Assembly: GCA_963733815.1 (NCBI GenBank)
Contig: CAVTEG010000014.1
Location: 38,861 to 102,860 of the forward strand
Length of the DNA: 64,000 nt
Direction of reading: 5' to 3'
Origin: an uncultured Acidobacteriota bacterium
GTDB taxonomy: Bacteria; Acidobacteriota; Thermoanaerobaculia; UBA5066; Gp7-AA6
Position 1 is the stretch's first letter. Every line of letters starts with the position of its first letter. Positions 31,052 through 41,095 of this stretch are shown in pieces. The notes beneath the pieces are model-generated. The model worked only from the letters and a program-made list of their open reading frames with translations, searched no databases and was not told the DNA's origin. Position numbers and translations under genes: made by a program.

Positions 31052-31375
31052 ATGAATCGTCGTACCCGAGGAATCCTGACGGTTGCCGTCACCATCACGC
31101 TCGCCCTGTTGGTCGTGGGCTGCTCGACGACCCAGACCGCGGGCCGCCAGATCGACGACACCAGCATTCACGCCGCCGTCTCGGCGAAGCTCACCTCCGA
31201 ACGCTTCTCGAACATCGTGAACATCGACATCAACGTGACCAACGGCATCGTGACGCTGGCCGGAGAGGTCCCGAACGCTCAGGTCAAGGCCGACGCGCAG
31301 AAAGAGACCCGTAAGGTCGACGGGGTCGTCCGGGTAATCAACAATCTCCAGGTCAAGTCGCCTCCGACCGCCTGA
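31052..31375 (+). CDS. BON-domain lipoprotein (OsmY-like)
   Basis: Lipobox 'LALLVVGCSTT', then 'VTNGIVTLAGEVPNAQVKADAQKETRKVDGVVRVINNLQV'. AGAGGAA ribosome-binding site before the ATG at 31052. Confidence 0.8.
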   Translation: MNRRTRGILTVAVTITLALLVVGCSTTQTAGRQIDDTSIHAAVSAKLTSERFSNIVNIDINVTNGIVTLAGEVPNAQVKADAQKETRKVDGVVRVINNLQVKSPPTA

Positions 31376-31399
31376 CCTGTCGCTGATTTCCAGTCTTTC

Positions 31400-31430
31400 G
31401 CCGAGCCGGCTTCCGGCTCGGCGTTTCTTT
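31400..31430 (+). terminator. Rho-independent terminator (GCCGAGCCG-gcttc-CGGCTCGGC + gTTTcTTT)
   Basis: 9-bp perfect stem 25 nt after the BON stop. Confidence 0.8.
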
Positions 31431-31603
31431 GCCCTGCAAGATGCTGGAACCCGAGCTCGTGCGGCCGGCGACGGAGTCCCGGAACGAATCGGTGTCGCAC
31501 CCATCCGGAAACCTCGTAGCGGCTGCGCGGTCCGCCTCGGAGACGATCCACGGCGTTCGCATCTCCAACCCCGACGAGCGCGACCTGGCCGGGTCGCCAG
31601 CGA

Positions 31604-31630
31604 TTAGCACTCTCGATCAGGGAGTGCTGA
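31604..31630 (+). promoter_or_regulatory. CIRCE operator (HrcA binding site) upstream of groES
   Basis: TTAGCACTC-tcgatcagg-GAGTGCTGA matches the consensus TTAGCACTC-N9-GAGTGCTAA at 17 of 18 positions. Confidence 0.9.
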
Positions 31631-31705
31631 TATGGGAACCCGACGCGCCCCCGGATCCGCGAGTGCGCCGGACCCACAAAACACAACGGATTCAGGAGGA
31701 ACGTC

Positions 31706-31996
31706 ATGAAGATTCGGCCACTTTACGATCGGATTCTGGTCAAGCGGCTCGAGACCGGCGAGATGAAGAAGGGCGGCATCATCATCCCGGACACCGCCAA
31801 GGAGAAGCCGATGGAAGCGGAGGTCGTCGCCGTCGGCAAGGGAAAGATCAACGAGGAAGGCAAGCAGCTTCCCCTGGACGTCAAGAAGGGCGACCGCATT
31901 CTCATCGGCAAGTACGCCGGCACCGAAATCAAAATCCACGATGAAGAGCACCTTATCCTCAAGGAGGAGGAAGTGCTCGCGGTCGTCGAGAAGTAA
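31706..31996 (+). CDS. groES: Co-chaperonin GroES
   Basis: '[16 protein letters not shown]...[13 protein letters not shown]', 96 aa. AGGAGGAA ribosome-binding site. Confidence 0.97.
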   Translation: MKIRPLYDRILVKRLETGEMKKGGIIIPDTAKEKPMEAEVVAVGKGKINEEGKQLPLDVKKGDRILIGKYAGTEIKIHDEEHLILKEEEVLAVVEK

Positions 31997-33646
<1,650 letters not shown>

Positions 33647-33671
33647 GGAATCCCTTTGGTATTCATTTCGA

Positions 33672-33699
33672 GCCCCGGCGAAAGCCGGGGCCTTTTTTT
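33672..33699 (+). terminator. Rho-independent terminator after groEL (GCCCCGGC-gaaa-GCCGGGGC + T7)
   Basis: 8-bp GC stem, GAAA loop, seven T. Confidence 0.85.
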
Positions 33700-33987
33700 G
33701 TCCCGACCATACTGCTCACGCGCGATGGAGCCCCTGCTGAGCCCGCCCGCCCGGGCCGACAATTGGTCCAGCTGGCGGCCTCGTGCGAATCGGCTTATTG
33801 AGGCCTCAGAGCGTCCATTTCCGCGGCGAGGGTTCCAGCACCAAACTGGGCGGCTCCCTTGTAGCCGCCCGGTAGAGCGAAAGTCGGGCGATCTCCAGCC
33901 GATTCGGATCGACTCCAGGCGAATCGACGCCAAGGGGAAGCCGCGGATTCACGGATCTCTTCGCGCCCTGTCGACGATCGGCGAGGT

Positions 33988-34032
33988 CTCATGACCCAAA
34001 GGTCGGAGGTTCAAATCCTCCCCCCGCAACCA
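33988..34032 (+). pseudogene. 3' half of an initiator-type tRNA-Met (anticodon loop CTCATGA to CCA); the 5' half is absent
   Basis: Variable loop AGGTC, T-arm GGAGG-TTCAAAT-CCTCC and acceptor 3' strand CCCCGCA+A+CCA, the last as in bacterial tRNA-fMet. The ~45 nt upstream have no D-arm, no CGCGGGG acceptor strand and no pairing partner for the anticodon stem. Confidence 0.6.
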
Positions 34033-34042
34033 TGATGATTAG

Positions 34043-34079
34043 ACGCCGGGAGGAAGCTCCCGGCGTTTCGTTTGTTTCT
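34043..34079 (+). terminator. Rho-independent terminator following the tRNA remnant (ACGCCGGGAG-gaag-CTCCCGGCGT + T-rich tail)
   Basis: 10-bp perfect stem followed by TTCGTTTGTTTCT. Confidence 0.8.
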
Positions 34080-34087
34080 GCCCAGGT

Positions 34088-34181
34088 GTCATCCCGAGCG
34101 AAGCGAGGGATCCCGGACTGGATGAGCCGCAGTCCGAATCAAGACTCGGGATCCCTCAATCGCTGCGCTCCTCGGGATGAC
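34088..34181. repeat. 94-nt imperfect palindrome (REP/MITE-like or structured RNA)
   Basis: Three nested stems. Outer: GTCATCCCGAG ... CTCGGGATGAC. Middle: GAGGGATCCCG ... CGGGATCCCTC. Inner: GGACTG ... CAGTCC. Confidence 0.7.
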
Positions 34182-34256
34182 AGGCCCCGAAGCGGGCGAC
34201 AAATCGGCCGTCCGGCAGAAGGCGGGGTGACGCGCATCGCATGCTAGGCTTTCGCT

Positions 34257-36782
34257 GTGCGGTCGCGCCCCGCGCTCATCACGCTCCTTGCGGTCCTCGT
34301 TGCATGCGTGCCCGCGGCGGGATCGGCGGGATCGGCGGGATCGGGCTACGACAAGCCGCCGCAGAACGTGCTCGACGTGCTGCACGCGCCTGCGCTGCCG
34401 AATCCGTACGTGAGCCCGACGCGCGACCGGATCCTTCTCGTGGCGTGGGTCTGGTACCCGCCCATCGCGCAGGTCGCGGAGCCGTTCCTCAAGCTCGCGG
34501 GCGTGCGCGTCGAGCCGCGGACGCGGCGCAAGCACGACACTCCCGGCGGTTACGGAATCGCGCCTTGCGCGCAGACGCTGACGCTCGTCGACGTTGCCAC
34601 CAGCCGCGAGGTCCCGGTGACGCTGCCGCCGGATGGCTGCGTGGATGGCGTCGTGTGGGCCGCCGACGGGCGGCGGTTCGCTTTCCGAAACACCTCAAAG
34701 GATGCCGTGCGAGCTATGGATCGGCGACGCCGCCACGGGCGCGATTCGGCGCCTCGGCGCCGCGCGGCTGAACCCGATGCTGGGGAGCGCGCTGCAATGG
34801 ATGCCCGACCAGAAGACGCTCCTCGTGAAGCTCGTGCCGGCGAACGCCGGGACGGCTCCTGCGGCGGCCGTCGAGTCCGACGGCCCGAGCATCCAGGAGA
34901 CGACCGGCGAGACCGGCGAGAGCAGTACCTACGAGACGCGCGACACGCTTTCGAACAAGCACGACGAGGACCTCTTCGACTACTACGCGGCCAGCCATCT
35001 CGCCTTCGTCGATGCGGACTCGGGTGCGATCACGCCGCTGGGCGCCCCGGCGATCATCACCGAGGTCGATCCCTCGCCCGATGGTCAGTAACCTTCGTGT
35101 GACCACCATTCACAAGCCGTACTCGTACGTCACCACGTACCCGAATTTCGCGCACGACGTGGAGCTCTGGGACCGAACTGGCCGCAAGATCCACACGCTC
35201 GCGAAGCTGCCCCTCGCGGACCGCGTACCGATCGCCGGAGTGCCGACCGGCCCCCGCGATTTCGAGTGGCGTCCGACGGAACCGGCGACGCTCGTCTGGG
35301 CCGAGGCGCTCGACGGCGGCGACTGGAACGTCAATGTCCCCGCACGCGACAAGGTCATGACGCTCGGCGCGCCGTTCACGCGGCGCGGCCGCCGAGATCG
35401 CCCGTACCGAGCAGCGGTTCGTCGGCTACGAATGGTGCGAGCGGCGCGGCGTGGCCTTGCTCCACGAGTACGACGAGAACAAGCACTGGCAGCGCACCTT
35501 CCTCGCGGACGTCGACCATCCGGCGACCAAGCCGAGTCTGGTGTGGGACATGTCGAGCGACGAGCGCTACAAGGACCCCGGTCAGCCGGTCTACAAGACG
35601 CTGCCGAACGGGCAGCGGGTCGTGCGGCAGGATGGCTCCGCGATCTTCCTCCGGGGCGAGGGAGCGTCCGTCGACGGGGATCGGCCGTTCCTCGATCGCT
35701 TTGACCTGGAGTCGCGCAAGTCCGTGCGGTTGTTCCGCAGCGACAAGACCGCCCTCGAGACCTTTCTGGCGTTCACCGACGCCAGCGGCCGCGCGTTCCT
35801 GACGTGGCACCAGTCGCCGACGGATCCTCCCAACGCGATGGTCCGCACGCTGGGCAAGCCGCTCCCGTCGCCGAAACCCGGTGAGCCCGCGGTCGCTTCG
35901 ACGGCGCGCGCCGTAACTCACATCCCGGATCCCACGCCTGCGGTGCGCTCCGTCAAGCAGCGCCTGGTCACCTACCAGCGCAAGGACGGCACGCCGCTCT
36001 CGTTCACCCTTCTCACGCCGCCCGGCTACAAAGAGGGCACGCGCATCCCGGCGATCCTGTACGCGTATCCGCTCGACTACGCGAGCACCTCGACGGCCGG
36101 GCAGATCAGCGGCTCGGAGCGGGAGTTCATGCGCATCGACGACTACCGCCTGCTGCTTCTTTCCGGGTACGCGATCCTCGACAACGCCGCGTTCCCGATC
36201 GTCGGCGATCCGAAGCAGGCGTACGACACGTACCTCGAGCAACTCGTCGAAGACGCCCGCGCGGCCGTCGACACCGCCGTCGGGACGGGAGTCGTCGATC
36301 GCGACCGGATCGGCGTCACCGGCCACAGCCACGGCGCGCTGATGACGGCGAATCTGATCGCCCACACCGACTTCTTCCGCGCCGGTGTGGCGACCAGCGG
36401 CTCGTACAACAAGACGCTCACGCCGTTCGGGTTCCAGAACGAGCGCCGCTCCGTCTGGAAGGGCCAGAGCGTGTACCTTCAGGTCTCGCCGTTCTTCTTC
36501 GCCGACAAGATCAAGCTGCCGCTGCTGATCATGCACGGCGCCGACGACGCGAACCCGGGCACGACGCCGCTCCAGGCCGTCAAGCTCTACGAGGCGATCC
36601 GCGGCAACGGCGGAACGGCGCGGCTCGTGATGCTGCCGCACGAGCCGCACTGGTACGCGGCGATGGAGTCCAATGAGCAGCTCGCGTACGAGGAGCTGCG
36701 CTGGTTCGACACGTACGTCAAGAACGCGCCACCCGGTGGGAAGGCCGCAGAGCCCAAGGCTCCGGCCGCGGCGAAACCTTAG
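34257..36782 (+). pseudogene. S9-family serine peptidase (prolyl oligopeptidase / glutamyl endopeptidase-like) with several frameshifts in the N-terminal propeller half
   Basis: Pieces lie in ORFs 34257, 34633, 35012 and 35451. The C-terminal catalytic domain is intact ('IGVTGHSHGALMTANL', 'LLIMHGADDAN', 'MLPHEPHWY'). Signal peptide at the N-terminus. Confidence 0.75.
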
Positions 36783-36811
36783 AGCAACTGGGGCATTCAG
36801 CAGCCAGCGCT

Positions 36812-37222
36812 TACATGTCCACGACCTTCATCGTGAGTTTCAGTGTCCGCCAGGCTGGAGGTGGTGGCTCTTTTCGTATGCGTCGATTCTCGCCTCTATG
36901 GCCTTGAATCTGGCGACGCTCGCTCGTGGAGCTAGCGGAATGGAAGCCGGAGACTCGGCCCATCTCGATCTCGCCGAGGTCCACTTTTCTGCGCGGACGA
37001 CGGGCGCGGATTGAAGCGGCAACGGAACGTCAGTCATATCGACCTTTCTGAAGCCTTCAGGAGGATGCTCTCACTCGATCCATCAAAGGGCTCCGAGCTT
37101 ATCGGCTCAAATGAGCGCAGATGATTACCATCTGCCGCTGATATCCAAACCATCAAGGCCGAAAGACCTACTGTATACGGATACCATCTGCAAAAACACA
37201 CTTACGTATGTGATTGTTCCAT
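36812..37222 (-). repeat. Copy 2 of the ~430-bp duplicated cassette
   Basis: See 12130..12560. It lacks the ~23-nt hairpin insertion present in copy 1. Confidence 0.9.
36840..37037 (-). CDS. Conserved 65-aa hypothetical protein (cassette copy 2)
   Basis: 'MTDVPLPLQSAPVVRAEKWTSARSRWAESPASIPLAPRASVARFKAIEARIDAYEKSHHLQPGGH', with the same ribosome-binding site and hairpin context as copy 1. Confidence 0.6.
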   Translation of the reverse strand: MTDVPLPLQSAPVVRAEKWTSARSRWAESPASIPLAPRASVARFKAIEARIDAYEKSHHLQPGGH

Positions 37223-37396
37223 ACCGAAGGATTTCCGGGATCGAGCACGCTACCGACGATAGTTGAAGGCCGTTTGAATTTGGACGGTGAGCGAAAAAAG
37301 CTGGTCCAGCGAGGCGGTATCGTGCATTTGAACTTCACACGCCATACCGGCCGCCTACGCACGGCTTGAACTTTCGCACGGCTACGCTCCGCTCGA

Positions 37397-37669
37397 ATGG
37401 CGGAGCCGGAAAGCCCAGCGGAAGGACTGGCGCTACCCACCCGCTTCGACCATGGGATGCCGGGAATGCAACCCGGAATTGGCCCGGCCGAGCTCGAGCG
37501 AATGCCGGCGGGACCAGCGGTACCGGTGGGGTGCATCGACTACGGGCCCGATCGCTCCGAGACCCGGAGCGTCGACGATCTCGAGGCCTTCGTCGGGCAG
37601 CATCGTCCGGCATGGGTCCGAGTGCGTTGGATCAACGTGGACGGACTCTCCGCCTCGTGGGTGGGATGA
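37397..37669 (+). pseudogene. CorA-type magnesium transporter, N-terminal ~90 aa fragment
   Basis: 'VGCIDYGPDRSETRSVDDLEAFVGQHRPAWVRVRWINVDGL' resembles CorA N-termini. The ORF stops right after this, and no TM or GMN region follows. Confidence 0.45.
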
Positions 37670-37705
37670 CGCTCTGGTTTCGCCAGCGAGGTCGGTTCTA
37701 GAGCC

Positions 37706-38158
37706 ATGTCCCGGCGACGGACTCGGCCACCCTTCGCGAAACGGCGCTCCCGGATCCACGGGCTCGGCGTTTTCGCGACCCGACGCATTCGCGTCGGGCG
37801 TCGTTTGATTGCTTACGAGGGGCAGGCCCTCACGTCCGCGGGTGTTCGGGCGCGTTACAAGGCGGCGGAGGGAGATCCGCACACGCTTCTCTTCCACGTC
37901 GGGCGCGATCGCTATATCGACGCGAGCGTGGCTGGAAACGATGCGCGCTTCATCAACCATTCGTGCGACCCATCCTGCGAAGCCGAAAGCTGGAAGGGAA
38001 CCATCTGGATCCGAGCAATCCGGAACATTCAACCCGGGGTCGAGTTGACGTATGACTACGCGCTGGAGATCGAGAAGGGCGCTTCGCGCGCGAGAAGACG
38101 TCTCTTTTCCTGTCGCTGCGGTGCCGCGAGCTGCCGGGGAACGATGCTGGCGGACTGA
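37706..38158 (+). CDS. SET-domain protein (lysine methyltransferase fold) with post-SET Cys cluster
   Basis: Contains 'IHGLGVFATRRIRVGRRLIAYEG', 'ARFINHSCDPSCEAE', 'ELTYDY' and a C-terminal 'CRCGAASCRG'. Confidence 0.8.
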   Translation: MSRRRTRPPFAKRRSRIHGLGVFATRRIRVGRRLIAYEGQALTSAGVRARYKAAEGDPHTLLFHVGRDRYIDASVAGNDARFINHSCDPSCEAESWKGTIWIRAIRNIQPGVELTYDYALEIEKGASRARRRLFSCRCGAASCRGTMLAD

Positions 38159-38171
38159 CGCGGTCGAACGT

Positions 38172-38363
38172 CTATCCGTTCTCTCCCGGTTTGACCGCAA
38201 CCAACGTCACGCCGTCGAATTTGTACATGACCGCGTGACCGCTGGCGCACTCCGTTGTGCCGATGCGGGGGTCTTTGTCGCTCACAGGTACTTCGACGAT
38301 GACTTGATCGCCGCACTCGGGACAGCGAAGCGGCCAGATTTTCCACGTCTCCCCAAGTTCCAT
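38172..38363 (-). CDS. 63-aa zinc-ribbon protein (WPLRCPECGD...ECASGH) immediately downstream of the encapsulin gene
   Basis: ATG at 38363 follows a GGAGGT ribosome-binding site. Clear paralog of 54416..54673 (shared 'WPL(R/K)CPECGD.V.V..P....IGT..C...H'). Confidence 0.6.
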   Translation of the reverse strand: MELGETWKIWPLRCPECGDQVIVEVPVSDKDPRIGTTECASGHAVMYKFDGVTLVAVKPGENG

Positions 38364-38464
38364 AGAAACCTCCAGCGTTCCTCGGCTTTCCGCAGCGTCC
38401 CCGCTGACCGTATCGACCGGACGTAAAGTCGAACTACACACGAGACCGAGCTCTCGAGAGGCTG

Positions 38465-39262
38465 CTACGCCGTCAGCGCCACGGCGGCCTCCGGCGTGGT
38501 GACGTGGAAGCTGAAGCTCTCCTCGAGGTACAGACGCACGACGTCGCCGTCGTGCGAGGCGTAGCCGATCGACACGTCCTGGCCCGAGTCGAAGATGAAA
38601 TCGCCGCCCCGCATGCTCAGCACGAGGGCTCCGGTCACGCCCGGCGCCCACACGATCGGGCCCTCGAGAATCTTGCGAAGGTGCTCCAACAGCAGGGTTC
38701 CGCCGTGTTCGACCGTCTCGATGACCAGACGGTATTGCTCGCTTCCGAGCGCGAGCCCGTACGGCCCGCCGATCCCGCTCTGCAACAGGCGCTCGGCGGC
38801 GCCCGCCACTTGCCGTGGATACCCGTCCGGCTTTCCGAGCGGCATCGGTTCCTGCGTCGAGATCTCGGCGACGCCGCGGATCGCGCCCCGCCAGCCGTGG
38901 AACACGGCGACGTTCTCGGCGACCGCGATCTGATGCGCCGCCTTGTCGAGCGCCCCCAGGTCGATGTCATCCGCGCCACGATCGGCGTCTCGCAGCTCCG
39001 CCCGGGACAGCTGAAAGTCCGCTCGCACCTCGACCAGCGGCAGGATGCGTCGCTGGAGTCCGGTCACTCCGGCGGGCGGGCCCGACGGCAGAGGATCGGT
39101 GCGGCCCAGGTTCGTCGCCGAGTGCTCCCACCCGTGCGGCCCGGAGAAGTCGACCAGCCTCCGGGCGGCGAGCGCCGGCTTCAGCCGCTCTTTCGCCTCG
39201 CCGTCGAGCATCTCCCAGCCCGACACGCTGATCGGCGCCAACTTGCGGAGCAGATGGTTCAT
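38465..39262 (-). CDS. Family 1 encapsulin shell protein (linocin M18-like, HK97 fold)
   Basis: Intact 265 aa with 'LRKLAPISVSGWEMLDGEAKE', 'VEVRADFQLSRAELRDADRGADDIDL' and 'GGDFIFDSGQDVSIGY'. It overlaps the upstream DyP gene by 4 nt. Confidence 0.9.
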   Translation of the reverse strand: MNHLLRKLAPISVSGWEMLDGEAKERLKPALAARRLVDFSGPHGWEHSATNLGRTDPLPSGPPAGVTGLQRRILPLVEVRADFQLSRAELRDADRGADDIDLGALDKAAHQIAVAENVAVFHGWRGAIRGVAEISTQEPMPLGKPDGYPRQVAGAAERLLQSGIGGPYGLALGSEQYRLVIETVEHGGTLLLEHLRKILEGPIVWAPGVTGALVLSMRGGDFIFDSGQDVSIGYASHDGDVVRLYLEESFSFHVTTPEAAVALTA

Positions 39263-40272
39263 CGCTGAATCTCCTTCAAGGTCCCGATGGCGAGCGAACC
39301 GTTCCCGGAAACATCCTCGGTCTCGGAGACCGCGTTGGCGGCCGGGGTCGGCGGATCGTCGAGGAAGTCGGACGTGGGTGCGAAGAACAGGTTGCCGCTG
39401 ACCGCCCTGGAGAAGTCGAGGATCCGGTCGGAGTTGCCCGGCGGCTTGCCGACGAACATGTTGGTCAGCATCTGCTCGATTATGTCCGGGCTTCGGGCGT
39501 AGCCGATGAAATAGGTCCCGAACTCACGCTCGCCGACGGACCCGAACGGCATGTTGAAGCGCATGATCTGGCGCTGCACGCCGTTCTCGTCGACGATCGT
39601 GTTCAGGGCGACGTGCGAGTTGGCGGGCTTCACCTCGTCGGGCAACTCGATGTCGCTGAGCTTCGTCCGGCCGATCGCCCGCTCCTGTGCCTCGACGGGC
39701 AGTGCATCCCAGGCGTCGAGGTCGTGGAGATACTTCTGGACGACGACGTAGCTACCGCCCGCGAACGGCGGGTCCTCGTCTCCGATCAGGACGGCGGCGT
39801 GCGCCGCCGCTCCCTCCGGATTCTCCGTCCCGTCGACGAACCCGAGCAGGTCGCGTTCGTCGAACGAGCGGAATCCGTGCACTTCATCGACGACCCGCGC
39901 ATACCGGGTGAGCCGATCCATCAGCCGCTGCGCGAGCTCGAAGCACAGGTCCAGCCGCTGAGCCCGCATGTGGAACAACAGATCGCCGGGCGTCGCGGGC
40001 GCGGTGTGCCTGGGGCCGGCGAATCCGGGAAACGGATGCAAGGCGGCGGGACGGGGTAGGCCGAACAGCCGGTTCCAGACGGCGTCACCGACCCCGACCG
40101 CACAGCTGAGCTGTCCCTCGGGGATCCGGAAGCCCACCGACCGTCGGAGCCCGCTGACATCCGACAGCACCGCGCGAACGGCGTCCTCGCCTCCCGGATC
40201 CAGCGTCATCGTGAGGAAAATCGCTGCGTCGGTGAGTGGGGTCAGGATCGCTTGGGGCTCGGTTGGCTTCAT
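39259..40272 (-). CDS. DyP-type peroxidase with C-terminal encapsulin targeting peptide
   Basis: Contains 'GFVDGTENP' and 'RFNMPFG'. The tail '...SGNGSLAIGTLKEIQR' matches the GSL-x-IGSLK cargo-loading motif. Confidence 0.9.
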   Translation of the reverse strand: MKPTEPQAILTPLTDAAIFLTMTLDPGGEDAVRAVLSDVSGLRRSVGFRIPEGQLSCAVGVGDAVWNRLFGLPRPAALHPFPGFAGPRHTAPATPGDLLFHMRAQRLDLCFELAQRLMDRLTRYARVVDEVHGFRSFDERDLLGFVDGTENPEGAAAHAAVLIGDEDPPFAGGSYVVVQKYLHDLDAWDALPVEAQERAIGRTKLSDIELPDEVKPANSHVALNTIVDENGVQRQIMRFNMPFGSVGEREFGTYFIGYARSPDIIEQMLTNMFVGKPPGNSDRILDFSRAVSGNLFFAPTSDFLDDPPTPAANAVSETEDVSGNGSLAIGTLKEIQR

Positions 40273-40451
40273 GACGGCTCAGGATCCCGCAACTTCGCGC
40301 AGACTATCGCGGGTCCGCCCCGCAGCGGAAGGTGCGGGGTGCAGCGGCGATTCCCCGGGCGACTGGGCGAGATGCCGGGCAATAACGCCATACTGAGGTG
40401 TCGGACCGGAGCGGGCGAGCGCCGGCCCGCCGCTCGACGAGGAGGGCGCCG

Positions 40452-40951
40452 CATGCGGTCGAGTCCGGCACGCTGGCTTTCATCAGTCTGGACGAGCGAT
40501 TGGGTGATGCATTCGGCCCGTTCGGCCGTCGCCGCAGTCGCCTCTCTGTCCCTGGCGAAGCTGTTGAAGATGCCCGAATCGTACTGGGCCGCGATCACCA
40601 CCATCGTCGTCATGCAGTTCCTTGGGCGCCGCGTGGGCGACATCGATCGAGCGGCTCGCGGGCACCGCGCTGGGCTGAGCTTTCGGCGCGTCGGTCGCGA
40701 GCGTCCTCGCACCAAACTGGCTCGTGTACGGCGGGGGGATCTTCGCGCTCGGACTGATCTGCGCGGGCCTGCATCTCGGTAGATCGGCGTATCGGTTCGC
40801 GGGGCTGACGTTCACGATCGTCATCCTTTTGAGTCGCCCGGGCGGGCCGATCGTGATCGCGCTCCACCGCTTCATCGAGGTCTCGATCGGAATCGCAGTC
40901 GCACTCGCGCTCACCGCAATATGGCCCGAGCGCGAGCCGATGCCCTCGTGA
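40452..40951 (+). pseudogene. FUSC-family small membrane protein, degraded paralog of 60897..61391
   Basis: Nucleotide-level paralog. Relative to the intact copy it lacks 2 nt in 'catgcagt(ct)tccttggg' and has TGA where the other has TGC ('gggctgAgctttcgg'). Confidence 0.7.
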
Positions 40952-41095
40952 CGCTGCTCCGGACGGGGTCGCTTCGGCACGTCGGTAGGAGCCGATAAGC
41001 GACTAGACTCTCCTCGAGGGCCATCGAGTCCCATGCTCGATCCACAGCCTGCCGTTCCTGCGGGACCGCCGACGCGCCGCGTGGAATCGACCCGG

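Noticed and set aside
34104-34140. Hammerhead-ribozyme-like strings (CTGGATGAG ... CGAA) inside the palindromic element
   Set aside because: The catalytic core would need CUGAUGA, and here an extra G interrupts it. No stem II hairpin lies between the two boxes.
37270-37375. Three TTGAAyTT boxes spaced ~45-50 nt apart upstream of the CorA fragment
   Set aside because: The motif is short and AT-rich, it occurs only three times, and it stands in front of a truncated gene. That is insufficient to distinguish it from chance.
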